Of a stretch of DNA of 64,000 nucleotides, positions 10,206 to 20,372 are shown in pieces. This stretch comes from an uncultured Thermoplasmata archaeon. GTDB taxonomy: Archaea; Thermoplasmatota; Thermoplasmata; Lutacidiplasmatales; UBA184. The DNA lies in the NCBI GenBank assembly GCA_963804525.1, contig CAWDQO010000005.1, forward strand, positions 107,871 to 171,870. Direction: 5' to 3'. The notes beneath the pieces are model-generated. The model was given only the letters and a program-made list of their open reading frames with translations. It ran no database searches and was not told the DNA's origin. The position numbers and the translations under genes are program-made. Within the stretch, counting starts at the first letter, position 1. Each line of letters starts with the position of its first letter.

Positions 10206-10796
10206 ATGGAGCTCGATCCGCTCGACCTTCGCCGGTCCGTCCTTGTCGTCTGGGATATGCCGCGCGGCATCGCCGGACGGGCTTCCAACCGGGCCGAGAT
10301 GGTCCCGAAGATTGCCGAACTCCTCGCGGCCTACCGCGCAAGAAAGCTGCCGGTCGTCTACAGCCAGCATACGACTCCGCCCGAGGCGTGGGCGAACCCT
10401 TCGATGGCCCGCTCGATGGTCCGACGCGGGATGCCCCCGGGAAGTTTTCGGCTCGCACCGGGAATGGACGAGTGGGCGATCCTGCCCGAATTGCGACCCC
10501 ACCCGGACGACCTCGTCCTGGCAAAGTTCTCCTCCAGTTTCTTCGTCGGAACTCCGCTCGAATCGATGCTCCGGTTCCGGAACCTCGACGCGCTCGTCCT
10601 GACCGGGGTGAGCACCGAGGGGGGCGTCCTCAGCACGGCGCGCCACGCCGCCAACCTCGGATTTCACCCGCTCGTCATCGAGGACGGCGTCGGATCGATG
10701 TCTCCCGAGGGGAACGCCGGGGGCCTGCAATCGCTCCGAGCGATGTGCGACGTCGAAGCGACCGCCTCGGTCCTCGGCCGGCTCCCCGCCCCGTAG
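10206..10796 (+). CDS. Isochorismatase-family cysteine hydrolase-like protein
   Basis: LVVWDM, K..SSFFVGTPLE, LTGVSTEGGVLSTAR; the usual catalytic Cys position appears to be Gly. Confidence 0.88.
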   Translation: MELDPLDLRRSVLVVWDMPRGIAGRASNRAEMVPKIAELLAAYRARKLPVVYSQHTTPPEAWANPSMARSMVRRGMPPGSFRLAPGMDEWAILPELRPHPDDLVLAKFSSSFFVGTPLESMLRFRNLDALVLTGVSTEGGVLSTARHAANLGFHPLVIEDGVGSMSPEGNAGGLQSLRAMCDVEATASVLGRLPAP

Positions 10797-11176
10797 TCCG
10801 TCATCCCAAATCCGGGGCAGGGTCAGGGCTCGCCGCTCCCCCGGGCGACCAGGTGCACCGTCGTTGCGCGGAGATCCGAGATCGTCGATCGGGAGGGACC
10901 CCCCGGGAGACATCGATCAGGCGACCGCTGTGCGCGGCCCGAGAGCCACGATTCCCAAGGATGCGCGGACGGAGTTCGGCCTAAACCGACGAGCTGAGCC
11001 ACCGACGGAACGGCCCGCGGACCGATCGGGAGGCTCAGCCTGTCCCGCCCTGGGGGCCCAACAGGGTCCGAGACGTGTCGTTCCGGGTGATAAACCCCCA
11101 ATACACCGTGGAACCCTGGGCGCGACCGTTAGACGAAAGAGAGTCTCATATACCATTACTCGAAAAAGCGTTCAGC

Positions 11177-13234
11177 ATGAGATTGGCATGTGCCGCGTTC
11201 TCATGTAGCGTTGTCTTCCTCGTCGTGCTCGCCGCGTTCGTGCTCTCGGCGGTCCCGTTGGGCGCTACGAGCGCTAGGGGGGGTGGGGGGACGACTGCGC
11301 CGTCCCGATCGGTCAGCGAAGCGGTTCCGATGGCGGCGCATCCGGCCGCCACGACGACGCTGGAAAGTGTCGGGCTCACACCAACCCTTTCGGGATTTTC
11401 TTGGACCAAGAGCACCAGTGTGACCTTCAGCTCGTATGAACTCGCCAGTTCGACGTCCAGCGCCTCCGGTCCGTGGACCGAGGTACAGAACCTGACCGCC
11501 GTGGCCGACAACGCGTCGTGGGTCGATGCGATGACCCCGGGAGCGACGACCTGGTGGGAGGTCACCGCCTGGTCGAACGATATCATCACGATGACCGGGA
11601 CCGCCTCGAACGTCGTCGCGATCACGCAACCGGCCACCGCCCTGCTCAACGCGACGGCACCGACCCCGACCTCGGTCACGCTCAATTGGACGAACAACGC
11701 CACGTACGCAGGCAACCTCTCGTTCGGGGAGTACTCAATCTATCAGTCGACGGCCGGCGGGGCTCCGTCCGTTACCGACACCATCACGGATCTGGGCACA
11801 CTTTCCTATACGCTGGACGGCCTTTCCGCGGGGACGAGCTACTCGTTCTACATCGCGACGCAGGACCGGGGCTCCCTCGGCGGCGCGGAGCACGAGTACA
11901 CGACGGACTCGAACACGGTCAACCTGGGGACTCCGGTCGCCCTGGGTGCCACGGCGAGCGCCCAACCGGCCTCGGCCGACGTCGGCCAGATGGTGTCGCT
12001 CAGCTGCGTCGCGACCGGCGGGACCGGAGCGGACACCTACAGCTGGGCGTTCGGCGATGGCACGCCGAACTCGACTGGTCCGATCGTCGACCACGCGTAT
12101 GCGACCCCCGGCCCCTTCAGCGCGGAGTGCACGGCGAGCGATGCCGCCCACTCGACCGTTCTGGCCGGCGTGTCAATCACCGTGAGCCCGGCCGATTCGG
12201 TCTCCGCCTCGGTCGACCATGCGGCGGCGGCGCCGGGGACGGCGCTGAACTTCTCGGCGACTCCGAACGGAGGCCCCGGCGCGTACTCCGAGTTCCTGTG
12301 GAACTACGGGGACGGCGCCACTGCGACGGGGGCGAGCGGCATCTACGGATACCCTGCCCCCGGCCAGTACGACATTTCCGTGACCGTCACTGACGCGAAC
12401 GGAGTCACGGCCTCGGCGTACACGGCGGTCGTGATCACGAGCGTGACCGCCACTCCGGCCGTGAATCGCACCTCGGTCCTTCCTGGCGACTCGCTCGCGT
12501 TCTCGGCCTCCGGATCCGGCGGCGCCGGCGGGCTGTACACCTACGCCTGGTCGTTCGGGGATGGCACGGACGGCTCGGGCGGGGCGGCCACCCACGCGTC
12601 CGAGCGGACCGGAAACTTCTCGGCGAGCGTGACGGTCACCGACGCCCTCGGCGCCACCGCAGCCTTCTCCCTCCCCGCCGTCGAAGTGTTCGCGAACCTG
12701 ACCCAGCACATCGTCCTCGGCGCCTCCTCCGCGACCCCGGGTCAGAAGGTCGCGCTGAATTCGACGATCGCGGGAGGCTCGGGACCGTACGCCTGCAGCT
12801 GGCAGCTCGGGAACGGCGCGGTCCTCACCGGTTGCCAGGGAAGCTATGCCTGGTCCAAAGCCGGGACCTATGCCGTCAACCTCACCGTCTCGGACCCGCT
12901 TGCCGGGAATCTCACGAGCAGCGCGAAGGTGACCGTCGCCGCCGCTCCACCGCCGACCCCCATCGTCACCCCGACCTCGCACCCGACGTCGGGGACGCCC
13001 GAATGGGTATGGTGGGCGCTGCTGGCCGGTGTGATCGTGGCCCTCGTCGCGGGAGTCTTCGCCTATCGGTGGTACGGGACTCGGCCGCCCCCGCCGTCGC
13101 CGACCACTCCGGCCGGTGAAAAGTCGTGCGGCTACTGCGGCGCGACCCTTGGGGCCCGGGCGCTCCGTTGCCCGAAGTGCGGCAAGGCCGCGATGGCCCC
13201 GAGGACCCTGACGGGTTCGAAGACGGAGCCGTAG
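11177..13234 (+). CDS. Surface protein: FN3-like + 4 PKD domains + TM + cytoplasmic zinc ribbon
   Basis: YTLDGLSAGTSYSF (FN3), WAFGDG/WNYGDG/WSFGDG/WQLGNG (PKD), TM WVWWALLAGVIVALVAGVFAY, CGYCG..CPKCG. Confidence 0.85.
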   Translation: MRLACAAFSCSVVFLVVLAAFVLSAVPLGATSARGGGGTTAPSRSVSEAVPMAAHPAATTTLESVGLTPTLSGFSWTKSTSVTFSSYELASSTSSASGPWTEVQNLTAVADNASWVDAMTPGATTWWEVTAWSNDIITMTGTASNVVAITQPATALLNATAPTPTSVTLNWTNNATYAGNLSFGEYSIYQSTAGGAPSVTDTITDLGTLSYTLDGLSAGTSYSFYIATQDRGSLGGAEHEYTTDSNTVNLGTPVALGATASAQPASADVGQMVSLSCVATGGTGADTYSWAFGDGTPNSTGPIVDHAYATPGPFSAECTASDAAHSTVLAGVSITVSPADSVSASVDHAAAAPGTALNFSATPNGGPGAYSEFLWNYGDGATATGASGIYGYPAPGQYDISVTVTDANGVTASAYTAVVITSVTATPAVNRTSVLPGDSLAFSASGSGGAGGLYTYAWSFGDGTDGSGGAATHASERTGNFSASVTVTDALGATAAFSLPAVEVFANLTQHIVLGASSATPGQKVALNSTIAGGSGPYACSWQLGNGAVLTGCQGSYAWSKAGTYAVNLTVSDPLAGNLTSSAKVTVAAAPPPTPIVTPTSHPTSGTPEWVWWALLAGVIVALVAGVFAYRWYGTRPPPPSPTTPAGEKSCGYCGATLGARALRCPKCGKAAMAPRTLTGSKTEP

Positions 13235-13273
13235 AAGGCGTATCCAGCGAACGGGGGGGGAACTGGAAGCGCT

Positions 13274-13579
13274 ATGATCACCTTCATCGACCTGATCTTC
13301 TCCCCGAAGGGCGAGGACGCCGCGCGCGTCGCTGCGAAGCTCCAACGGATCCCCGGGGTCTCTTCCGTCATGGGCGAGCACGACCTCGTGTTTCACTGGT
13401 CGGAGCCCGCGGAGTTCGCCGCCAAGGTCCGTGCCGTCCACAAGGCCCTGGAAGGGACGGAGGCGACGTACCGAGTCTTCACCGTGGAGGACACGTACCA
13501 ATCCCGGGACCCGGTCCCCTGGATCGGCTCGGTCGACCCGGAGCCCCCCCACCATCCGGCGATGCCGGAACGCGGGTAA
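13274..13579 (+). CDS. Small alpha/beta protein, AsnC/Lrp ligand-binding-like
   Basis: LQRIPGVSSVMGEHDLVF resembles the Lrp/AsnC C-terminal GxxD pattern; no HTH. Confidence 0.55.
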   Translation: MITFIDLIFSPKGEDAARVAAKLQRIPGVSSVMGEHDLVFHWSEPAEFAAKVRAVHKALEGTEATYRVFTVEDTYQSRDPVPWIGSVDPEPPHHPAMPERG

Positions 13580-13809
13580 CCCAAGGCCGACGAACTCTGC
13601 AGGGACGCCGCTCGCCCACGGCGGATCGTTCCCGCCCTCGCGACAAATTCCTGCCTGAGCCAAACACGTGGACCCGCGCCTCACGGAACGGGCACGAGCC
13701 GACCCGGTCGTCACGGCGCGCGGGAAGCGGGGTATTCGCCCCTCGCCGCACCGCCCGATGGAAGGGAGGAAGTAGCGCCACGGATTGGAGCCGGAAGAAG
13801 GGGAATCGC

Positions 13810-14392
13810 ATGCGGGAAGTCGTGCTCCAGATGCACATTACCCTGGACGGTGCCGCCGACAGCAAGGACGGGTTCGTCCCGATCACGGATCGACCGGTAC
13901 TGGAAGGAGCTCGATGCGGCGCTCGAGGAGACGGCCGCCTCGGAGGTCGACACCCTCCTACTGGGGAAAGGGACCTACAAACAATTCGCCGGGTACTGGC
14001 CGAGGGCCGCCGCCGACCCCGCGACGCCCGCCGACCTCCGCGAACAGGCCCGCACATTGGACGAGACCCCGAAGGTCGTCTTCTCGAAGTCCCTGCCCCG
14101 GGCGGACTGGCATGGCTCCACGATCGTTCGGGGTGGCCTGCGCACGGAGATCGCCCGGTTGAAGCGACGGCCGGGGACGAACATGTTGGTCCCCGGGGGC
14201 GTCGCCTTCCCGAGGGCGTTGATCGAGCAGGACCTCGTCGACGAATACCTGCTCGCGGTGGTGCCGATCCTCACCGGGGAGAACCGCTACCGGCTCTTCG
14301 GGCCGCTCGCCCGCACCCGCAAGCTGCGGCACGTCCGGTCCTGGTCGTTCCGCAATGGGGTCGTCCTCCAGCAATACCGTCGAGCGCGGTAG
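13810..14392 (+). CDS. Dihydrofolate reductase-like (RibD C-terminal) family protein; frameshift near 13896
   Basis: MREVVLQMHITLDG, LLLGKGTY, KVVFSKS, PGG, LVDEYLLAVVPILTG; removing one G joins ITDRP-YWKE. Confidence 0.88.
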
Positions 14393-14636
14393 CGCCACCC
14401 CAGGCCAGGTTGGCCGCCCGGCGGACCGACCGAACTCTTCGGCGCGGATCCCCGCCCCCAACCGCGGCGCATCCGGTCGCGCGTCGGATCGATTGTCAGG
14501 AGTGGCCCGGACCACGCCCGTGTCCCCCTCGGCTCGCCCCGTCCTGCCCCGGCGGTCGCCCGGATCGGTCCCCCCCGACGCTCCTGCGACGCCGTAACAC
14601 ACAATGTTTATTCCGCGAAGGTCACCCGCCGACTTC

Positions 14637-15107
14637 ATGCGGCAGAAGTCGAAATCCGAGCTCGCCCCGCCGAAGGCGTTCTTCGTGGAGCGCGACGCCG
14701 TCGACGTCTTCCGGTACCCCGCGGACATGACGGGCGCCGGGCCGAAGCCGGCGTTCGACGTCCTCCTCGCGACGCTGCCCCACCTCCTGGACCGGGGCAT
14801 CTACGGGACGTTTCGGGCCCGCGACGGGCCCCCGGAGTACTACGCGTGCGCCCAGCGCCTTCCGTCGGACCCCGCGAGCTACCGGCACCTCGAGACCGGT
14901 ACCATTCTCGGGGGACTCTACGTCCGCCGGGTCTACCTCGGAGATTGGCGCCTGGCGATCCAGGATATTCCGGGCAACTTCCATCGACTCGTGGACGAGT
15001 TCTCCCACGACGCCACGCGCCCTTCGATCGAGTTCTACCGCGGGGACACCGAGCTCCAGCTCTTCCTTCCGGTTCGGGATCGAACGGCCCGGCCGCCCCC
15101 GAAGTAG
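14637..15107 (+). CDS. GyrI-like small-molecule-binding protein
   Basis: YYACA, GGLYVR, D.TRPSIEFYR..ELQLFLPV pattern. Confidence 0.7.
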   Translation: MRQKSKSELAPPKAFFVERDAVDVFRYPADMTGAGPKPAFDVLLATLPHLLDRGIYGTFRARDGPPEYYACAQRLPSDPASYRHLETGTILGGLYVRRVYLGDWRLAIQDIPGNFHRLVDEFSHDATRPSIEFYRGDTELQLFLPVRDRTARPPPK

Positions 15108-15149
15108 GTCGAGCGGGGAGGTGGCTCGGGCCCCCGACGGGAAACCCCG

Positions 15150-15937
15150 TTCGTTCGGCGGCCGGCGAATCTCGCCGCCGGGCGTTCCGCCCCGGGGGAT
15201 GGCGCGAGCCGCCGTCGGCCCGCGGCCGAGTTGGAGGAGCTTCCACCCGAGGGCGGCAAACCAGACGAGCTCCAAGAGCGCGGACAGGCCGACGAACCCC
15301 GTCAATCCCGGGAGTGCGGCGCTGAACCCATAGACAAGACCCACGATCCCGGACGCGATTCCCAGGTAGGCGACGGCCCGGTCGGGCGTGCACCGCCGTT
15401 GGACCGTTCCGATCAACCGGATCCCGACCGACAGGAGCCCGGAGCTGACCGGAAGGCTGAGCCTGATCACGCTCTTGATGTAGCTCGCGACCGCGAAGCT
15501 GGACGCTTGGGACTGGGGCGAGCCGGTCGCGTAGGCCTGACTGACCGAAACGAGCGCGATGACGTTCGGTCCGGAGACCAGCAGGTCGATGAGAACGTAG
15601 AGGCCGAGGAACAGGGAGGCGAGGAGCACGACTTCGCGATCCAGCCCTCGGAGCGCGGGTAGAGGGCCGCGATGCCGGGGGCGAGGAAGAGGTCCGAAAG
15701 GATCCCGAGCCCGAAGGTCACCCGCGCGAGTGTCGCGTGATCGGCGAGGTTGACGAGCGCGGTCCCGGTGAGCGGAGAGGTCGGGTAGAAGTCGTCGGCG
15801 GAGGGGCCGAGGGCCGCCGAGAACCCGATGAGGAGGGCGAACAACGCCGCGACGATCAGCAGACAGACACCTCCCCAGGTGTCCAGGCGCTCGGGCCCGC
15901 GGGGGGCGCCGATAGACTGCGGAGAAATTCCCGACAT
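15150..15937 (-). CDS. DUF4386-like multi-pass membrane protein; frameshift near 15660, 3' end uncertain
   Basis: Hydrophobic helices split over two frames; ALYxxL and ELVWFAALGWKL motifs. Confidence 0.55.
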
Positions 15938-16151
15938 CCGTCGGACTGGACTCCGACGGGTAGGGGACCCACGGTATGAGGTTCCCGGGTGGCGCGCCGT
16001 ACCGTGGTCTGGCGGCCGGCGTGTCGGACTTCCCTCGACCCACGATTCCGGTCCGGATCCTGTCTCGGTCGACCCCGCCCAGAACGGAACGCCCTCTCCT
16101 CGCCGCCACGCGGGCCGCCGGTGCCGCTGGGTTCCCGGAACGGTCCCGCCT

Positions 16152-16667
16152 TCAGGTCCGGGGACGGCTCGTTGCGAATCGGTGCAGGTCCCGAAGGAGA
16201 ACGGGGGCGAGCCCGGGGAACGTCTCCTCCAACGTGCGGGGTCTGCCGTCGGCGGTGACCTGGGGCGCGAGGTGACGGAGCCCGAACGCGGAGAGGGCCA
16301 TCAGCACCGGGACCACGTCCTTCCCCTTCTGGGTGAGCCGGTAGTGGACCTTTCGCTCGTCGTGGGGGTCGGAGAGCTTCTCGATCAGCTCCTCGGCGCG
16401 GAGCTCCCGGAGGCGGTTGGTGAGGACCCGCGGCGTGAGCCCCTTGCTCCGAGCGAGCAGCTGCCCGAAGGTCTGGTCCGGCCAGAACGCCACGTCCCGA
16501 AGAACGACCAGGGCCCACTTCCTCCCGAGAATCCCGAGCGAGGCACGGATGGGGCAGCCGAGGGCGTCCTGGCGGAGCAGCGCCCCGATGGACGAGAGCG
16601 GAAACGATTCGACGTCGCTTCGGAGGTTCGCCGGCGAGGATCGCATAGATGCCAAATCACTATGCAT
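16152..16667 (-). CDS. HxlR/MarR-type winged-helix transcriptional regulator
   Basis: CPIRASLGILGRKWAL, GLTPRVLTNRLREL, VHYRLTQKG; N-terminal Cys typical of redox-sensing members. Confidence 0.92.
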   Translation of the reverse strand: MHSDLASMRSSPANLRSDVESFPLSSIGALLRQDALGCPIRASLGILGRKWALVVLRDVAFWPDQTFGQLLARSKGLTPRVLTNRLRELRAEELIEKLSDPHDERKVHYRLTQKGKDVVPVLMALSAFGLRHLAPQVTADGRPRTLEETFPGLAPVLLRDLHRFATSRPRT

Positions 16668-16761
16668 TGGATACTATTTCAACCGGCCTCGGCGCTCCAC
16701 CGGACTTTCCGGATTGATCTCCGCAGTCGATTACTATCCATTGATTCCGCTCGTTCTTGAA

Positions 16762-16777
16762 ATACTATCTGAAGTAT
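16762..16777. promoter_or_regulatory. Putative HxlR operator ATACT-N6-AGTAT
   Basis: Perfect 5-bp inverted repeat in the AT-rich divergent intergenic region between hxlR and the hydrolase. Confidence 0.5.
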
Positions 16778-16918
16778 ACTGACAACCATGGTGCCGTTCG
16801 AACCACGCCCCCGCGATTCCGTTCTGCCGAGAGACGCCTCCGCGGTCGCCGGGGCGCGGCGAGCTCCGTTCCGACGACTCGTGCTCCCGGAGTCGAGATC
16901 CATTGGGAGGTCCGTTCC

Positions 16919-17728
16919 GTGAGCGTCCACTCCGTCCGGGTCGACGGAGCCGGCACGGTCGACGTCACGGTGACCGAGCGCGGCGCCGGTCGGCCCGTCC
17001 TCCTCCTTCACGGGGGAGCCGGGCCGATGTCCGTGATGGGCTTCGCGCAACTCCTCGCCGACCGCCAGGGCGCGCATGTCTTCGTACCGACCCATCCGGG
17101 GTTCTCGGGAACCCCGCGGCCGGACTGGCTGAGCGGGGTCCCCAAGTTGGCCCAAACGTACGCCCAGTTGCTCGACGCGCTCGACCTCCAGGACGTTCTC
17201 GTCGTGGGCAACTCGATCGGCGGCTGGGTCGCGGCCGAGCTCACCCTGCTCGCCCCGCGTCGGGTGAGCGGTTTGGTGCTGGTCGACGCCGGCGGAATCG
17301 ACGTCCCGGGCCACCCCACGGCAGACGTGTTCACGCTGTCGTTCGAGCAGGTCCTCCAGCTGAGCTGGCACAATCCGGCGGCATTCCCCAAGAGCCCCGC
17401 CCCGCCGACCGACGCCGAGCGGACCATCTTGGCCGCCAATCGGGCGGCCCTTGCCGCCTACGGCGGAAATCCCCCCGCTTCCGACCCCACCCTCCTGTCC
17501 CGTCTCAGGGGCATCACCCGGCCAACCCTCGTCGTCTGGGGGGAGAGCGACCGGATCGTCGACCCCGGGTACGGTCGGGCGTACGCCGCGGCGATCCCTG
17601 GGGCCCGGTTCCAACTGGTGCCGGCCGCGGGTCACGTCCCGCAGCTCGAGGCCCCCGAGGCGCTCCTCGGGGCGCTGCAGCCGTTCGCCGAGTCCACGGC
17701 GACGAAGCGCGCCGGCTCGCCCCGCTGA
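16919..17728 (+). CDS. Alpha/beta hydrolase
   Basis: LLLHGG, HPGF, nucleophile elbow GNSIGG, WGESD, GHVPQLE; GGGAGG SD before the GTG. Confidence 0.93.
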   Translation: MSVHSVRVDGAGTVDVTVTERGAGRPVLLLHGGAGPMSVMGFAQLLADRQGAHVFVPTHPGFSGTPRPDWLSGVPKLAQTYAQLLDALDLQDVLVVGNSIGGWVAAELTLLAPRRVSGLVLVDAGGIDVPGHPTADVFTLSFEQVLQLSWHNPAAFPKSPAPPTDAERTILAANRAALAAYGGNPPASDPTLLSRLRGITRPTLVVWGESDRIVDPGYGRAYAAAIPGARFQLVPAAGHVPQLEAPEALLGALQPFAESTATKRAGSPR

Positions 17729-17804
17729 ACCGGCGCGTTCCGCGAGTTCCGTCTCCCCGGCGAGAACGTCGGGCGCGGGCGCCGGGCGCGCCCGGACGGA
17801 CGAC

Positions 17805-18368
17805 TCAGGCGGAGCGGCTCCGGAAGCAGCCGGGGTCGTGGTCGTCGACGAGACCGACCGACTCCATCCACGCGTACACGACCACCGGGCCGACGAACCT
17901 GAACCCGCGCGCCTTCAGTTTCCGGGACAGTTCCTCCGACAGGGGGGTCTTGGCGGGGACGGGCCCAGTCCGCCGGAGCGGGGTCCCCCCGACCGCCGCC
18001 CAGACGAACGTCGCGAAGTCCTCTCCGGAGGCCGCGAGCCGGCCGTACGCCTGGGCACCGGCGATCGTCGCTTCGATCTTCGCCCGCGACCGGACAATGC
18101 CAGGGTCCGCCATCAGCCGGGCGACGTCGGCCGCCCCGAATTTCGCGACGCGGACGGGGTCGAACCCGACGAACGCCCGGCGGAACGCGTCCCGTTTCCG
18201 GAGGATGATCGACCAGGAGAGTCCGGCCTGGAACCCCTCGAGCATCAGCATCTCCCAGAGCCGCCGGCCGTCGCGGACCGGGACGCCCCACTCGTTGTCG
18301 TGGTACGCCCGCATGACCGGGTCGGTTCCGGCCCAGGCGCATCGTGGGATCTGGCGCTCCCCTGGCAC
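17805..18368 (-). CDS. tag: DNA-3-methyladenine glycosylase I
   Basis: RCAWA, YHDNEWG, LEGFQAGLSW, GFRFVGP, DDHDPGC. Confidence 0.95.
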   Translation of the reverse strand: MPGERQIPRCAWAGTDPVMRAYHDNEWGVPVRDGRRLWEMLMLEGFQAGLSWSIILRKRDAFRRAFVGFDPVRVAKFGAADVARLMADPGIVRSRAKIEATIAGAQAYGRLAASGEDFATFVWAAVGGTPLRRTGPVPAKTPLSEELSRKLKARGFRFVGPVVVYAWMESVGLVDDHDPGCFRSRSA

Positions 18369-18470
18369 GCTGGCCCTCGAGGGGGCGGATGGCGGGGACG
18401 GCTCCCGAGGACGCTTGCTCTTCCTACGTCGGTCGGGAGTGCGAGAAGGGCGGACGGCGGGCAAGTCCGA

Positions 18471-18962
18471 TTACCCTCTCGGCAGGTGCGAGACGAGCTC
18501 GTTCACGATCGTCTCGACGGGAAGCGTCGCGTCGATACCGATCCCCCGCTCGAACGACGCGGTCTTGGCGTAAACGTCCTTCGTCGCTTCCGCCCCGTGG
18601 GGCGGTCGGCGGAGACCGTCCCGCTCGACGCAGACCGCGAGCGGGGCTTGCAGGCTGAAGATGGAGTGCCGGAACCGGAGCCGCCCGACGAGGTCGTCGA
18701 CCTGACCCTCGTGGTAGAAGTTCCCGTCGAAGATCGCCGGTCGGCCCGATGCGAGGACCGCTCGCCCAAGCTCCGAGGCGTACTCGTTCGCGCCCACGAA
18801 GCTCCGCAGCGAGACGAACCCGTCCTCCCACTCCTCGAGGTCGTGCTCCTCGAGGATCTGGTCGATGGAGATGTGCTCCACTCCGACCCGCTGCGCGAGG
18901 CGAACGGCGACCGTCGTCTTGCCGACCCCGAGCGGTCCCCGGACGATCACGAAATAGGCCAC
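18471..18962 (-). CDS. P-loop kinase / AAA_33-like protein
   Basis: Walker A GPLGVGKTT, AIFDG, LQAPLAVCVERD lid motif. Confidence 0.8.
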   Translation of the reverse strand: MAYFVIVRGPLGVGKTTVAVRLAQRVGVEHISIDQILEEHDLEEWEDGFVSLRSFVGANEYASELGRAVLASGRPAIFDGNFYHEGQVDDLVGRLRFRHSIFSLQAPLAVCVERDGLRRPPHGAEATKDVYAKTASFERGIGIDATLPVETIVNELVSHLPRG

Positions 18963-18996
18963 GGGTCCGCGACTCCCTCGGGCGAACGCGCCTCCC

Positions 18997-19419
18997 TCAC
19001 TGCGGCGCCCGCGCCTCGTTCTCCGCGACCCGCGCCCGCACCAGCCTCCGGACGAGGGCCTCCGGGAGGGGGCGGGAGGCGGGGAATCGGATGCCGCCGT
19101 TCCCCGTGTCCCAGGGGGCAAGTTCCGAACCGTGCGCCTCGAGGAGCGGTGGACTGGCGACGTAGAACGCGAGGTGGTTCCTCTGCGCCCCGAAGCCGAC
19201 GAGATAGCCCAGATACGTGTACGAAGGGATCCGATAGGCGATCGACTCGGTCGCCTTCGGGGTGGAGGCTCGGATCAGCGCGCGGAGGTTCGCCAGGGTC
19301 CCCCGCTCCTCTTCCGGGAGCGCGCGAAGATACCCGTCGACGGTACCGGGAGCGCCCCCCTTCGGCGAGGTCGACGTGCCCTGGGCCGGAGTCCCCGCGC
19401 GAGCTCGCTTCTCGGCCAT
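18997..19419 (-). CDS. DUF1801 / YdhG-like protein
   Basis: VDGYL, ESIAYRIPSY, GIRFP..PLPEALV. Confidence 0.85.
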   Translation of the reverse strand: MAEKRARAGTPAQGTSTSPKGGAPGTVDGYLRALPEEERGTLANLRALIRASTPKATESIAYRIPSYTYLGYLVGFGAQRNHLAFYVASPPLLEAHGSELAPWDTGNGGIRFPASRPLPEALVRRLVRARVAENEARAPQ

Positions 19420-19485
19420 CGTCGGTTCCCCGGTGCGGAAACCGGGAGCGGTCGGGGGTTGAAAACGTTCGGGAGCGGGAACGAC

Positions 19486-19905
19486 CTACCGCCGCTTCGG
19501 TCGAGACCGGATTCTCCGCAGGGTTCGGGATCCGACCCGTTCGGTCGCGCGCAGGTGGCGGTCGAGGGCCTCGAACCGGTCGCCCCAGAACTCCCGGTAC
19601 GGGGCGAGCCATTCGTCGGCGGTCCGCAGCGCCGTCGTGTCGAGGGAGCAGCGGTGGAGCCGTCCGTCGACGGTCTGCGAAACGAGCCGGGCCCGCGCGA
19701 GGACCTTCAGGTGCTTCGACACCGCGGGAAGCGACATCGCGAACGGCTCGGCGAGGTCGGTCACGGTGGCCGGGTGGTCCGCGAGGCGGACGAGGATCGC
19801 CCGGCGCGTCCGGTCGGAGAGCGCGTGGAACACCTCGTCGAGCTCGTCGGTGGGGTCCGGAAGGTCGGAGGTCGCGCTCGCCATCGTCCGACCCTCTCGG
19901 GACAT
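19486..19905 (-). CDS. ArsR/SmtB family regulator (alternative start 19884)
   Basis: FHALSDRTRRAIL, MSLPAVSKHLKVL, WLAPYREFW. Confidence 0.93.
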   Translation of the reverse strand: MSREGRTMASATSDLPDPTDELDEVFHALSDRTRRAILVRLADHPATVTDLAEPFAMSLPAVSKHLKVLARARLVSQTVDGRLHRCSLDTTALRTADEWLAPYREFWGDRFEALDRHLRATERVGSRTLRRIRSRPKRR

Positions 19906-19922
19906 TCAACTAAACGGTTAAG
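19905..19922. promoter_or_regulatory. Putative ArsR operator TTCAACTAAACGGTTAAG
   Basis: Imperfect palindrome (AAC-N6-GTT core) between divergent arsR and SRPBCC genes. Confidence 0.55.
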
Positions 19923-19972
19923 TATTGTGCCCCCTTCCGCGCCCTTGGCCCGAGCCGGGCCGGAAGAGACCG

Positions 19973-20368
19973 ATGTCGTGGGGATCCGTCCATCAGGAAG
20001 TCCAGTTCGCGGCGACGCCGAAGCGGGTGTACGACGCGCTCATGGAGAGCAAGCAGCACGCGGCGTTCTCCGGGGTCCCGGCGAAGATCAGTCCGGTCGA
20101 GGGGGGCGAGTTCCGGTGCTTCGACGGCTCGATCGAGGGCCGCAACGTCTCGCTGATCCCCGGGAAGCGGATCGTGCAGGCGTGGCGGATCAGCGGGTGG
20201 GAGGAGGGCGTCTATTCGATCGTCCGGTTCGAGCTCGAGAAGACGAAGTCCGGCACGAAACTCGTCTTCGACCACACCGGCGTCCCCCAGGACGCCCTGA
20301 AGGGGATCACCGAGGGCTGGGGGGACCACTACTGGGACAATCTCACGAAGTACTTCGCCAAGAAGTAG
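19973..20368 (+). CDS. SRPBCC / AHSA1-like domain protein
   Basis: VYDALM, GGEFRCFDG, RIVQAWR, HTGVP, GWGDHYW. Confidence 0.9.
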   Translation: MSWGSVHQEVQFAATPKRVYDALMESKQHAAFSGVPAKISPVEGGEFRCFDGSIEGRNVSLIPGKRIVQAWRISGWEEGVYSIVRFELEKTKSGTKLVFDHTGVPQDALKGITEGWGDHYWDNLTKYFAKK

Positions 20369-20372
20369 GCCC

